Shown here: positions 52,229-62,323 of the stretch, one piece after another
How the letters are laid out: each line of letters begins with the position of its first letter
Position numbering within the stretch: position 1 is the first letter of the stretch
Origin: a bacterium
Lineage (GTDB): Bacteria; Hinthialibacterota; Hinthialibacteria; Hinthialibacterales; Hinthialibacteraceae
Assembly (NCBI GenBank): GCA_963662285.2
Contig: CAXXMV010000006.1
Coordinates: forward strand, 1,088,001 to 1,152,000
Length of the DNA: 64,000 nt
Reading direction: 5' to 3'
Made by a program: the position numbers and the translations under genes
The notes under the pieces: generated by a model
What the model was told of the DNA's origin: nothing
Seen by the model: the letters and a program-made list of their open reading frames with translations, nothing else
Databases searched by the model: none

Positions 52229-53083
52229 GAAAAATGGATATGATAACTTATGAAAAAGCCTTTCATGAACATGGCATTATTGAAATTATTATGTTGTTTT
52301 CTATTCTTATACCAATTTTCGGATCGATTGCAGTTGTTCCAGTCTACCGTAATTTTCTTAAAACAAGTTTTTTCAAGTCTTTAGGATTAAGTATATTATG
52401 CTTGATATTAGCGGTATGGTTCAATACGCATTATTTGGCTATGAATCATCTGATACTAATGCCGTTTTTTTTTGGATTGGACGCTTAATCCATTTTTTTC
52501 CGTCACGCGATGCATCACGCCGGGTTTTTTCGTCCTGTTTTTTATTCCATTCATGATATTTTTTTATAAGAAATGGTTTCTTAATGAGACTACCGAAGAA
52601 GAGCGGAAACTGGATATGGATGGCGTCCGCGCCTGGCTACGGCCCATGAATTTGTTCTTCAGCCTAGGACTTTCATTTACTTATTGGAAAACCTTCGCTC
52701 CGGGTGAATCAAGGGATGAAATTTTCGCTGCCTTCTCCGTTCCCCTGTTGATGCTGGTTGCTTATCCAATTGGGATTAATCTTGCGAAAAGGAAATCAGA
52801 GCGTTCCAATAAGGGAGAGAAAGAGAATCGCTCGATGGTTCAGAAAAAGATACTTGATCTGCTTGAATCGGGCAAGATCAATCCGAATGAATGCGTTGAA
52901 CTGCTTGGTGCGGTGAGCAAAGCGAAACCGGCTAATCTAAACACCCGGCAGGAAACTTCAGCGCCCGAACATGAAGCAGCCGCGCCGATGCCTCCGGAGC
53001 CGCCAACTCCACCGCCTATCGATAGCACTGTTAATGATAAACCTACTTCAACCAACTGTAATGAAATAGCGCCGGAACATTAA
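52225..53083 (+). pseudogene. Membrane protein with C-terminal SHOCT-like domain, split by a frameshift at a T9 tract (52465-52473)
   Basis: ORFs 52225-52488 and 52472-53083 match consecutive parts of the intact paralog 53451-54152; removing one T fuses them. Confidence 0.7.
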
Positions 53084-53106
53084 ATAATAATGGCTTAGTC
53101 AGGGAG

Positions 53107-53421
53107 ATGAAAACGATGAAACCGAATCAAATTAGAATAGAAATTTTTGACCAAAACAGCCTCTATATACTTGGTTATCTTTTGTTATTGAGCATTTTTA
53201 TTGTAATTTGCATCTTGATTTATAAAAAATATTTTAAAACAACTTGGGGAAAAGTATCAGAAAGAAACGAGAATCACGCCATTGTTCAGCAAAAGATACT
53301 TGATCTGCTTGAATCTGGTAAAGTCAATCCACAAGAATGCGCTGAATTGCTTGGGGCTGTGAGTGAAACTAAAGAAGAGCATGGGGATAACCAGCAGGAA
53401 ACGCAAACACCGGAACATTAA
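53107..53421 (+). CDS. Short single-TM paralog with SHOCT-like domain
   Basis: TM then YKKYFKTTW, KILDLLESGKVNPQECAELLGAV; ends in PEH like the upstream paralog. Confidence 0.7.
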   Translation: MKTMKPNQIRIEIFDQNSLYILGYLLLLSIFIVICILIYKKYFKTTWGKVSERNENHAIVQQKILDLLESGKVNPQECAELLGAVSETKEEHGDNQQETQTPEH

Positions 53422-53450
53422 AGTAATTGCTTAATCAGTGAGGTGAAAAA

Positions 53451-54152
53451 ATGCAATCGAATCTTGGCGTAGATGTTTTCAAATCAAGTTCTATCGATCC
53501 AACTATATTTGTTTATCTTTTATGTTTATGCATTATCGTAGTTTTGTTCACTATGATTTATAGAGATTATCTTAAGATAACCTGGTTAAAAGCATTTTTG
53601 TTCTCTTTGTTTTGCGTAGCATCCGCCGGGGCGGTTTTTTACTATAATGTTTGGATATATGAATCCAGTCATGTAAAAGTGTCTCCTCAGCAAATGACGC
53701 AGAAAATCATTCCTAATATGTTATTGGTTTTATTCGCCTTTCCATTAATCGTGCAGTTAATTCGCAAGTGGACCGGTAAACTGACAGAGCAGGAGAAAAT
53801 GGTCGGCCCGGAAGGATTCAAAGCGTGGTTGACTGTGGGGAATCTGGTTTGCTGCGTCGGCATTTCGCTATGTTATGGCGCTATGCAAGAAGATGGCTCT
53901 TTTATCGCCGTGTTGATTGCGCTTTGCGTGACAATCGCCATTGTTTTGATTTATCCATTTGTTAATTGGATCGCCCAAGATAGAAACCAGATTGACGCAC
54001 CATCATCAGGGGATGATATGTCCGCCGCGCAGGTGAAAATTATTAAAATGCTGGAAGAAGGCAAAATCAGTTCCCAGGAGTGTGGGGATTTATTGACGGC
54101 CTTGAATAATCCTGCCAAAGAACCTCAAGATAACGAATCTCCTCAGGCGTAA
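53451..54152 (+). CDS. Multi-TM membrane protein with C-terminal SHOCT-like domain
   Basis: About 5 TM segments, KIIKMLEEGKISSQECGDLLTAL; GAGGTG RBS. Confidence 0.75.
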   Translation: MQSNLGVDVFKSSSIDPTIFVYLLCLCIIVVLFTMIYRDYLKITWLKAFLFSLFCVASAGAVFYYNVWIYESSHVKVSPQQMTQKIIPNMLLVLFAFPLIVQLIRKWTGKLTEQEKMVGPEGFKAWLTVGNLVCCVGISLCYGAMQEDGSFIAVLIALCVTIAIVLIYPFVNWIAQDRNQIDAPSSGDDMSAAQVKIIKMLEEGKISSQECGDLLTALNNPAKEPQDNESPQA

Positions 54153-54366
54153 CATGCCCTGAATATGGGCTTTTTTACACCAATCGTGATTAATCTACCT
54201 ATTTCTGAAAAAGCGCCCGTTTTTACCAATTAAGTCGTTGTCAGGGCGCCTATCTTTAATTCTTGTTTTCGTATAAATATAGTATCTCTTTAGTAAAATG
54301 AATAATTATCTTGATGCTTATAATATTTTTATTCAACTATATTTAATAAGAAAGCGAGTATTACTA

Positions 54367-56841
54367 ATGTCAAATTGGAAAAAAATGGGATTTCTCCTCA
54401 GTGTGATTTTTGCCGTCGGTATTTTGCCTGTCGCGGCGTTAGAGAATGCGCCTTATCCGGTGACTCCTGTATCTCCAATTACGGTGGAAATCGGTGTTCT
54501 GGCTCCTCTTTCCGGATCTCTTACCGAGTTGGGCGCTACTGCGTTAGCCACCTTGGAAATAGCCAAGGATGATTTTCAAAAAGTATTTCCTACAGTGACA
54601 ATCAATGAAACGGTGGTCGATACAAAATCCGATCCCCAAGTAGCTTTGCAGGAGTTGCAGGCGTTATCCCAAAAGGGAATCAGGGTATTTATCGGGCCGT
54701 TTTCCAGTGAGGAACTGTTGGCTGTCAAATCATTCGCCGATCAAAACGATATTATTTTGATTTCTCCGACCAGTACGGCGCCTTCTTTGTCACTGGATGA
54801 TAATATCTTTCGGATCAGTCCCGATGATTCCCGCCAATCAATGGCGCTGGCCACTTTTGTCAGCAGTCGACAGATAGATTATATCGTTCCTGTAGTGCGC
54901 GATGATATTTATGGTAATGAGTTTATCGAACAGTTTCAGCCGCAGTTTCAGGGATTGGGTGGCGAGACGGTTTCCCCCATCGTTTACAATACCTCGAACA
55001 CAGATTTTGAGCCGGTAGTCGCTCAAGTGAAAACTGCGGTGCAAGAAATTCTGCAACAGGCGCCTGATGCCGTTGTGGGAGTTTTGGCGGTTTCGTTTGA
55101 TGAAATAGTGGGTATATTCAACGCCGCATCCGGCGACGAACTACTGTCTGGATTGTCGTGGTTCGGCGCTGATGGCGTCGCTCAAAATGAAAGCATCAAT
55201 GCGGATGCGGTAGCGGCGGCATTCGCGGAAACGGTTGATTTTACTGCTTCCACTTTTTCCTATAACGCCATTTCCCACCCCTATCTGCCTTTTTCGCAGC
55301 ATTTAGAGAATTTGATTACCAAGGTTTTGCAAAATTATGCGACTCCACAAACAACGCAAATCCCCGCGATTTACGATGGGCTGTGGTTGGCCGGAATCAT
55401 GCAGTTTGATGCCGGTGTAACCGACCTTAATCAAGAATTGGTGCGAATTTCCAGGCAATTGGTAGGAATAATCGGCACGATAGATTTTAACGATACCGGT
55501 GACCGTGATTATGGATTCTATGGATTCTATCGTTTTGGCAACGCCAAATGGACTTTAATTGCGGCTTATCGTTTTTCCAAGTATGGATCAATCGAACCTT
55601 TCACCGATTTCACCTTCAATATTGAGGCTCAAGATAAAATCGTCAAAATGGGTTTGCTCTTGCCTTTATCTGGAGATAATTACTCTGCCGGAGCCAGTAT
55701 CAGTACCGCGATTGAAAAAGCTGAAATAGATATCAATGCGGTGTTACAGCGTTATTACACTCCAGATTCCAAGTTGGAACTTGTAGTGGGCAATACCAAT
55801 TCCGATCCGGAAACCGCCTATCAGAAATTGGTGGAGATGAAAGAACAAGGCGTTCAGTTTGTGATCGGTCCTGTAAATAGCGCGGAACTGGAACGGGTGG
55901 CGCCCTATGCCAATGAACAGAATATGATTCTACTTTCTCCTGCCAGTACATCCATGTCGTTGGCGAAAAAGGATAATGTATTCCGTTTGGCCTTGAATGA
56001 TGAAAAACAATCCAAAGCCCTGGCGATATTGGTGAAGGATCAGGGTTATTCGTATGTGGAAATACTGTATCGCGACGATATTTATGGCCAGGAATTAAAG
56101 CAGTATTTTACTCAGCATTTTGAAGCATTGGGCGGCGTATGCGGCGCCGGAATTGCGTATGATACAGAATCCCCTGATTTTCCAGGCCTTATATCTCAAG
56201 CGGAAACTGAAGTTTCTTCGGCGGCTTCCACCTATGGTCAAAGCAAAACAGCTGTCTTGTTGATTGCTTTTGATGAAGTAGGGCTGCTGTTTGATGCGAT
56301 TCCTACGGATTCCATCCTGGGTAATTACCGCTGGTTTGGAACGGATGGATTCGCCCAGAGTTTCATTTTCTCCGAACTGCCCAGAGCGATTGAATTCGCC
56401 ATGAAAACCGATCTGACTGCTTCCATTATGGGTACGGGAACCGATGTTATGGTGACGCCTACGGAAACTATGGTCAAAGATTTGACCGATCTCTTCGGAT
56501 TTGCGGCTAAGGCATTCGATATAAATGGTTATGACGCAGCCTGGATTTTCACCTTATATTCAATCTACCAGGATAGTCATCCTCTGTCAGATCCAACTCA
56601 GTTGATTGAAGATTTTGATTTATTAACCAAGAAAACCAATGGCTATCTGTCTCCCAATTTCCTGGATGAGGCTGGCGACCGTATGTTCGGAGACATTGAA
56701 TTCTTCAAACTGCGTCCATCGGGTAATTCGATTACCTGGGATAAGTACGCGTCCTACGTCTATTTCATCAACGAAACAGGACCTTTCTACTTCCAGGATA
56801 CTTCGACCTCCTTTGCGAAGATTGGTCCCTATTTGCGATAG
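54367..56841 (+). CDS. Tandem two-domain type 1 periplasmic binding protein (LivJ-like)
   Basis: Signal peptide from MSNWKK; two repeats IGVLAPLSG..IGPFSS..ISPTSTA and MGLLLPLSG..IGPVNS..LSPASTS (the ORF track starts at 54298). Confidence 0.85.
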   Translation: MSNWKKMGFLLSVIFAVGILPVAALENAPYPVTPVSPITVEIGVLAPLSGSLTELGATALATLEIAKDDFQKVFPTVTINETVVDTKSDPQVALQELQALSQKGIRVFIGPFSSEELLAVKSFADQNDIILISPTSTAPSLSLDDNIFRISPDDSRQSMALATFVSSRQIDYIVPVVRDDIYGNEFIEQFQPQFQGLGGETVSPIVYNTSNTDFEPVVAQVKTAVQEILQQAPDAVVGVLAVSFDEIVGIFNAASGDELLSGLSWFGADGVAQNESINADAVAAAFAETVDFTASTFSYNAISHPYLPFSQHLENLITKVLQNYATPQTTQIPAIYDGLWLAGIMQFDAGVTDLNQELVRISRQLVGIIGTIDFNDTGDRDYGFYGFYRFGNAKWTLIAAYRFSKYGSIEPFTDFTFNIEAQDKIVKMGLLLPLSGDNYSAGASISTAIEKAEIDINAVLQRYYTPDSKLELVVGNTNSDPETAYQKLVEMKEQGVQFVIGPVNSAELERVAPYANEQNMILLSPASTSMSLAKKDNVFRLALNDEKQSKALAILVKDQGYSYVEILYRDDIYGQELKQYFTQHFEALGGVCGAGIAYDTESPDFPGLISQAETEVSSAASTYGQSKTAVLLIAFDEVGLLFDAIPTDSILGNYRWFGTDGFAQSFIFSELPRAIEFAMKTDLTASIMGTGTDVMVTPTETMVKDLTDLFGFAAKAFDINGYDAAWIFTLYSIYQDSHPLSDPTQLIEDFDLLTKKTNGYLSPNFLDEAGDRMFGDIEFFKLRPSGNSITWDKYASYVYFINETGPFYFQDTSTSFAKIGPYLR

Positions 56842-56870
56842 AGATTACCGTATTAAAGATTACAGTATTA

Positions 56871-56911
56871 AAAAAAGCCGGAGCAGGATGAAAACCTTGC
56901 TCCGGCTTTTT
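56871..56911. terminator. Bidirectional intrinsic terminator
   Basis: aaaaaagccggagca..tgctccggcttttt between convergent genes. Confidence 0.8.
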
Positions 56912-56946
56912 GGTTGTATAGAGGTTAAGAAAAAGTTACCTGTTAT

Positions 56947-58311
56947 TTACAAAGTCCAGCCTTTTCTGAACTCCGGTTTGATAATCCTGTCGGCTTCTGA
57001 AACGTTTTTAACTTTCATGTTTTTCGCATCCCAGAATAAACGTTGATCTTTGAGTTGCATGGCCATGACGCCCAGCAACGCCATTTCGGTTAAGGCGCCG
57101 CCATAACTGAAATTTGAACTGGCTGGTTTGCCGTCTTTGCAGGCGCGAACCCAATCCTGCGCATGTCCACCCTGGCCTCCCGGCACCCGTGACAATGATC
57201 TAGGCGGTTCTTTATATTTATCACCAGAATATAACTCGATTTTCAAACCGCCTGCGCCATGCGAACCGTGGGTGATAACGCCTTTTTCACCAATAAATAA
57301 GGCGCCATTGTTACCAAGTTTGATGCGATTTTCCATGCCTTCAGGAACAGGCGGCAGCAACCTGCCATCATACCAGGTAAGTTTTACTGGAGGCATATTG
57401 CCCCGCGCCGGGAACTTATAACGGACGATTGCGGCGCGTGGATACGTCTCACTGCTAACTTCAGGAAGCCAATGGGTTGTAGAAGCTTCTACGTATTCAG
57501 GGGAACCTAATTTCAAAGCCCAAAACGCGGGATCCATGATATGGCAGCCCATATCGCCAATAGCGCCCGTCCCGAAGGCAAGCCAGCTGCGCCAGGTAGT
57601 GGGACAGTAGCAGGGATGATAGGGGCGGAATTTCACTGGCCCCAGCCAAAGGTCCCAGTTAAGGTTATCAGGTATCGGCGGGGTGTCTTTGGGGCGGCTG
57701 CGGACGTCAAAGTTAGACCAGGGATCGCCGCCGACCGGACGGTCGCTCCAGGCGTTTACTTCCCGGATGTCGCCAATGGCATTATCATCGATCCATTCAT
57801 GTAATTGTCTGATTTCATCAGAAGAGTGTCCCTGGTTGCCCATTTGGGTTTGGACGCCATATTGACGCGCGGTTTCGGTCAAGACGCGGGTTTCATAGAT
57901 TGAGTGCGCCAATGGTTTTTGGCAGAATACATGTTTTTTGGATTTTAAGGCGCGCATGGCTGCAACGCCGTGACAGTGATCCGGAGTAGAAACAACCACC
58001 GCATCAAACTCGTTTTCGATCTTATCAAACATCACCCGGAAATCGGTGAACTTTTTGGCTTTGGGGAATCGTTCAAATGAACCCGCAGCGTTTTTAGAGT
58101 CTACATCACACATTGCAACGATATTCTCGGTGCTGACGTCACGGATATCTCCGCCGCCCTTGCCGCCCACGCCTATACCGGCGATGTTTAATTTATCGCT
58201 GGGAGCGGTGTGTCCCTCACGGCCTAATGTCTGGCTCGATAAAAATAACAGTGATGAATATTTCCCGGTTGTGCGGATAAATTGCCGACGATTTGAAGGT
58301 TTTGTATCCAT
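56947..58311 (-). CDS. Gfo/Idh/MocA family oxidoreductase with twin-arginine signal
   Basis: NRRQFIR, IGVGGKG, STPDH, CQKPL, QMGNQ, WDLWLGP, GDMGCH. Confidence 0.92.
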   Translation of the reverse strand: MDTKPSNRRQFIRTTGKYSSLLFLSSQTLGREGHTAPSDKLNIAGIGVGGKGGGDIRDVSTENIVAMCDVDSKNAAGSFERFPKAKKFTDFRVMFDKIENEFDAVVVSTPDHCHGVAAMRALKSKKHVFCQKPLAHSIYETRVLTETARQYGVQTQMGNQGHSSDEIRQLHEWIDDNAIGDIREVNAWSDRPVGGDPWSNFDVRSRPKDTPPIPDNLNWDLWLGPVKFRPYHPCYCPTTWRSWLAFGTGAIGDMGCHIMDPAFWALKLGSPEYVEASTTHWLPEVSSETYPRAAIVRYKFPARGNMPPVKLTWYDGRLLPPVPEGMENRIKLGNNGALFIGEKGVITHGSHGAGGLKIELYSGDKYKEPPRSLSRVPGGQGGHAQDWVRACKDGKPASSNFSYGGALTEMALLGVMAMQLKDQRLFWDAKNMKVKNVSEADRIIKPEFRKGWTL

Positions 58312-58393
58312 TATTTGGTTCTTTCTTTTAAGTTTTTTTCATTCTTTCATAGAACTGATAAACATACAAGAAGAGAAAAGAGTATTTTTTCTG

Positions 58394-58509
58394 TTAGAGT
58401 GATTCTCAAAAATATATGCGTACTGAAAACGTTAGATTTGTTAAAAGTCCCATCTTTCGGGAACTTTTAACAACCACATAGACTTACGCTATTTTGAGAA
58501 TCGCTCTAA
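58394..58509. mobile_element. MITE-like element with 18-bp inverted termini and an internal hairpin
   Basis: ttagagtgattctcaaaa and ttttgagaatcgctctaa (17/18); inner ttgttaaaagt..acttttaacaa. Confidence 0.55.
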
Positions 58510-58635
58510 TAGTACGACTGGTTTCTTTTGTCAGGTGTTTTTTTGTAATTCCCCCTCACCCTAGCCCTTTCCTGCCGGGCTACTCTCCGGTCACAAATAA
58601 GGAGAGGAGAATGAAACGGGGAGCATCATAGAGCA

Positions 58636-58958
58636 GGGAGCATCGGCTTCTAGCCGGTGTGTCAAATAGAATAGAATGGTCCCCATGACGCATAATCATT
58701 TCCATGGAAATAGGGGGATGAAAAATGAATAACCGATTTGTGTTGTGATGCCGGATCACGTGCAGATCCTCCTGACGCCATTGGAAATTCCAAACCTTGG
58801 ATATCATTCGATCTCAACAATACTTCATAGCATTAAAAGTTATTCATCAATAGAAGCAAACCGGTTAGGAAGGGATTGGTTGAAGTGGTGGAAGAGTATT
58901 CGTTTTTGTATGAAGAGAACCGAAGGGATTGGCGCACCGGCTAGAAGCCGATGCTCCC
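58636..58958 (+). mobile_element. REP-associated tyrosine transposase (RAYT/Y1) remnant flanked by 24-bp inverted REPs
   Basis: Fragment FVVMPDHVQILL..ILHSIKSYSS; gggagcatcggcttctagccggtg (58636-58659) is perfectly inverted at 58935-58958. Confidence 0.7.
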
Positions 58959-59182
58959 CTTTTTGATACTCTCTGGTTATTGGTAGAGTGTTTTTTCAGT
59001 TTATCATAGGTAGGTGCATTGCCACTGCTTCAATTTCATAACAATGTGTACGGAGCGTAGCCCTAAGGGGATAGGGAACAACAATGATAACTTAATAACA
59101 TTGCCACCGATCCCAAGAGGGCGATGAGTACCATATCAGGCGTCCAGCCCTGTTTGCATGTTTCAATCTTTTGAACATATCA

Positions 59183-62100
59183 TTACGACTTTTTTCTCAT
59201 GAACCATGTGGATATAAGGACGAAGAACAAGGGGATGAAGATCAGGTCGATGAACGTGGCCGAGCACATCCCGCCGGTAACAGCCGTTCCAATGGCCGAC
59301 ATCGCGCCAGCGCCGGCGCCCGAGGCAATCGCCAGCGGTAGAGTGCCGAAGAAAAACGCCAGGGAGGTCATGATGACGGGGCGGAAACGGATTTTCACGG
59401 CGGACAAGGTCGCATCAACCAACCCTAAACCATTACTCATCTCTTCCTTGATGAATTGGATGATCAGAATGGCGTTTTTAGTCGATAGTCCCAGCGTTGT
59501 CAGGAATCCGATCTGGAAGTACACATCGTTGTTCATCCCCCTGCAATACGTGGCCAGCAGCGCGCCGAATACACCGAGGGGCAGCATTAAAAGGTTGACG
59601 ATGGGGATGGTCCAACTTTCGTACAACGCCGCCACGCAGAGGAAAATAACCAGGATGGAGAACGCATAGAGCAACGGCCCTTGAGCTGTTGCTATTCGCT
59701 CTTGATAGGAAAGTCCCGTCCAGTCATAACCAATCCCCTCTGGTAGTTTGGCGACGATATCTTCCATGGCCTGCATAGCTTCGCCGGTGCTATGTCCCGG
59801 CGCCGCTTCGCCCAGTATGTTCAATGACGAGAATCCGTTGAAGCGCTCCAAACGGGGAGATCCGGAATTCCAGCGGCAGGTAGCAAACGAAGAGAATGGA
59901 GTCATCTTTCCAACGTTATTGCGCACGTATAGTTTTTCCAGGTCTTGAGGAAGCATGCGATATGGAGCGTCGGCCTGGACGTAGACCCTCTTGACGCGCC
60001 CGGCTTGAATGAAATCGTTGACGTAAGAACTTCCGAAAGCCGCCGCGATGGTATTATGAATCGAGGTAATGGGTAAACCCAACGCGCCAGATTTTTCCCA
60101 ATCCACATCGATTCGGTATTCGGGAACGTCTTCCATACCGTTGGGCCGAACTCGCACTAACCTGCTGTCTTTTTTCGCTAGGTCAAGGAACTGATTTCTG
60201 GCATCCATAAAAGCGGCGTGACCTAGACCGCCGCGATCTATCAACTCGAATTCAACACCCTGGGCTGTACCCAACTCGATAACTGGGGGCGGCGGGAAAG
60301 TAAAGACCGTGGCATTGAGCATTTTTGCAAATTCTTCCATTGCCCTGCCCGCGATGGCCTTGGCCCTTAAATCGGGACGGTCGCGAAGGTTCCAATCCTT
60401 TAGTTTGACGAATACCATGCCGTTATTCTGAGCTCGACCGGAAAACCCCATACCGGCGATCGTCAGACTGGATTCCACCGCTTCTTTTTCGTTCTCTACG
60501 AAATAGCGACCGACGTAATCCGAAACCTCTTGTGTTTGCTCGATGGTGGCGCCGATCGGCATGAGGATTTGGGTAAATAGAATTCCTTGATCTTCATTGG
60601 GAAGGTAAGCGGTCGGCAACTGAAAGAATAGATATCCAATTACTCCTACGATGATTGCGTAAAGGAACAGATAGCGGAGTTTCTTTGCGAGAGAATGTCC
60701 GACCATATCGACGTATTGATCCCTAATCCAGAAAAAGATATAGTCGAACCATCTGAAAAATGGACGCAGAAAGAAGATCGCGTTTTCTGATGGTTCATGC
60801 CCTTTTGCCACCGGTTTGAGAAGCGACGCGCATAGAACCGGTGTTAGGATCAACGCCACAAATACCGATAGGAGCATGGAGGCAATTATCGTTATAGAGA
60901 ACTGGCGGTAGATTACGCCGGTCGATCCCGGGAAAAACGCCATTGGGCCAAACACCGCCGAAAGCACTAATCCAATACCGATCAAAGCGCTTGTAATCTG
61001 GTCCATCGATTTGGCGGTGGCTTCGCGGGGCGAAAGTCCTTCTTCGGCCATGATTCGTTCGACGTTTTCCACGACGACGATGGCATCGTCTACCAACAGT
61101 CCGATAGCCAATACCATAGCGAACATGGTCAGCATGTTGATGGAATATCCAAACGCTCCCATTACAGCAAAAGTTCCCAGAAGAACCACCGGAACGGCAA
61201 TGGTGGGAATCGCGGTGGCGCGGATATTACCCATGAAGAGCCACATGACCAGAAACACGAGAAAGACGGCTTCGAATAACGTTTTAACCACCTCGTGAAT
61301 GGCGACCTGGATAAATGGAGTCGTGTCGTAGGGATAGACAACCTTAATTCCCGGTGGGAAGAAGCGGCTCATCTCTTCCATTTTCTTTTTGACGGATTCT
61401 GCGGTCTCTAAGGCATTAGCGCCGGGCGCCTGGCGAATCGCCAGCGCGGCGGTGGGCCTGCCATTATGGAATGCCTGAATATCGTAGGACTCGGCTCCTA
61501 ATTCCGTCCGTCCAACATCCTTGATCCGCACGACGGAGCCATCGGGATTGGTGCGAATGGGGATATTGGCGAACTCATCCGGGGTTTGCAGCAAGTTCTG
61601 AATGACGATGGATGCGTTCAGGCGTTGTCCGGGAACGGCTGGCATTCCGCCAAGCTGTCCAGCGGATATCTCTACATTGTAGGCCTTCAGCGCCAGAATG
61701 ACTTCTTCGATGGTAAGATTGTAGTTGGTGAGTTTGTCGGGATTTAGCCAGACCCGCATAGCATACTGGGAGCCAAAGCACGTTACTTCGCCGACTCCAG
61801 GAGCGCGGGCCAGTACTTTTTCCAGCTTGGATTGGGCGTAATCCCGTAAATCTTTACCATCCATGCTGCCGTCTTCAGAAATCAAACCTACAATAATCAA
61901 GTAATTCCGAGTGGATTTGCTCACCATAACCCCGGAACGCTGGACCACGTCGGGAAGACTAGCCATTGCCAGTTGGAGTTTGTTTTGCACCTTGGCCCAC
62001 GCCAGGTCGGGATCGGTTCCCGCTTTAAAAGTTAATTCGAGACGTGATGCCCCTGACGAGTCGCTGGCGCCGGAGAGATACAACATATCGTCAAAACCCG

Positions 62101-62311
62101 TCATCTTCTGTTCGATGATCTGGGTTACGCTGTTTTCCACCGTTTCCGCCGAGGCGCCGGGATAAAAGGAGTCTATGGCGATAGATGGTGGAGCGATAGG
62201 CGGATATTGCGATATGGGTAAATTGTAAATCGACAGTCCACCTAAAACCATAATGGCGATCGCGATGACCCAGGCAAAAACCGGTCTATCGAGAAAAAAT
62301 CGTGATAACAT
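59183..62311 (-). CDS. acrB: RND efflux transporter permease, AcrB/MexB (HAE1) family
   Basis: FFLDRPVFAWVIAI, LPISQYP, GLLVDDAIVVVENVER, KNAILI, RFRPVIMTS; 1042 aa. Confidence 0.95.
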   Translation of the reverse strand: MLSRFFLDRPVFAWVIAIAIMVLGGLSIYNLPISQYPPIAPPSIAIDSFYPGASAETVENSVTQIIEQKMTGFDDMLYLSGASDSSGASRLELTFKAGTDPDLAWAKVQNKLQLAMASLPDVVQRSGVMVSKSTRNYLIIVGLISEDGSMDGKDLRDYAQSKLEKVLARAPGVGEVTCFGSQYAMRVWLNPDKLTNYNLTIEEVILALKAYNVEISAGQLGGMPAVPGQRLNASIVIQNLLQTPDEFANIPIRTNPDGSVVRIKDVGRTELGAESYDIQAFHNGRPTAALAIRQAPGANALETAESVKKKMEEMSRFFPPGIKVVYPYDTTPFIQVAIHEVVKTLFEAVFLVFLVMWLFMGNIRATAIPTIAVPVVLLGTFAVMGAFGYSINMLTMFAMVLAIGLLVDDAIVVVENVERIMAEEGLSPREATAKSMDQITSALIGIGLVLSAVFGPMAFFPGSTGVIYRQFSITIIASMLLSVFVALILTPVLCASLLKPVAKGHEPSENAIFFLRPFFRWFDYIFFWIRDQYVDMVGHSLAKKLRYLFLYAIIVGVIGYLFFQLPTAYLPNEDQGILFTQILMPIGATIEQTQEVSDYVGRYFVENEKEAVESSLTIAGMGFSGRAQNNGMVFVKLKDWNLRDRPDLRAKAIAGRAMEEFAKMLNATVFTFPPPPVIELGTAQGVEFELIDRGGLGHAAFMDARNQFLDLAKKDSRLVRVRPNGMEDVPEYRIDVDWEKSGALGLPITSIHNTIAAAFGSSYVNDFIQAGRVKRVYVQADAPYRMLPQDLEKLYVRNNVGKMTPFSSFATCRWNSGSPRLERFNGFSSLNILGEAAPGHSTGEAMQAMEDIVAKLPEGIGYDWTGLSYQERIATAQGPLLYAFSILVIFLCVAALYESWTIPIVNLLMLPLGVFGALLATYCRGMNNDVYFQIGFLTTLGLSTKNAILIIQFIKEEMSNGLGLVDATLSAVKIRFRPVIMTSLAFFFGTLPLAIASGAGAGAMSAIGTAVTGGMCSATFIDLIFIPLFFVLISTWFMRKKS

Positions 62312-62323
62312 TCTAATCCTCCA

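Noticed and set aside
56817-56834. Alternative-frame EDWSLF as a frameshifted C-terminal sorting motif of the binding protein
   Set aside because: That frame runs on into the terminator instead of stopping, and the motif cannot be verified without a search
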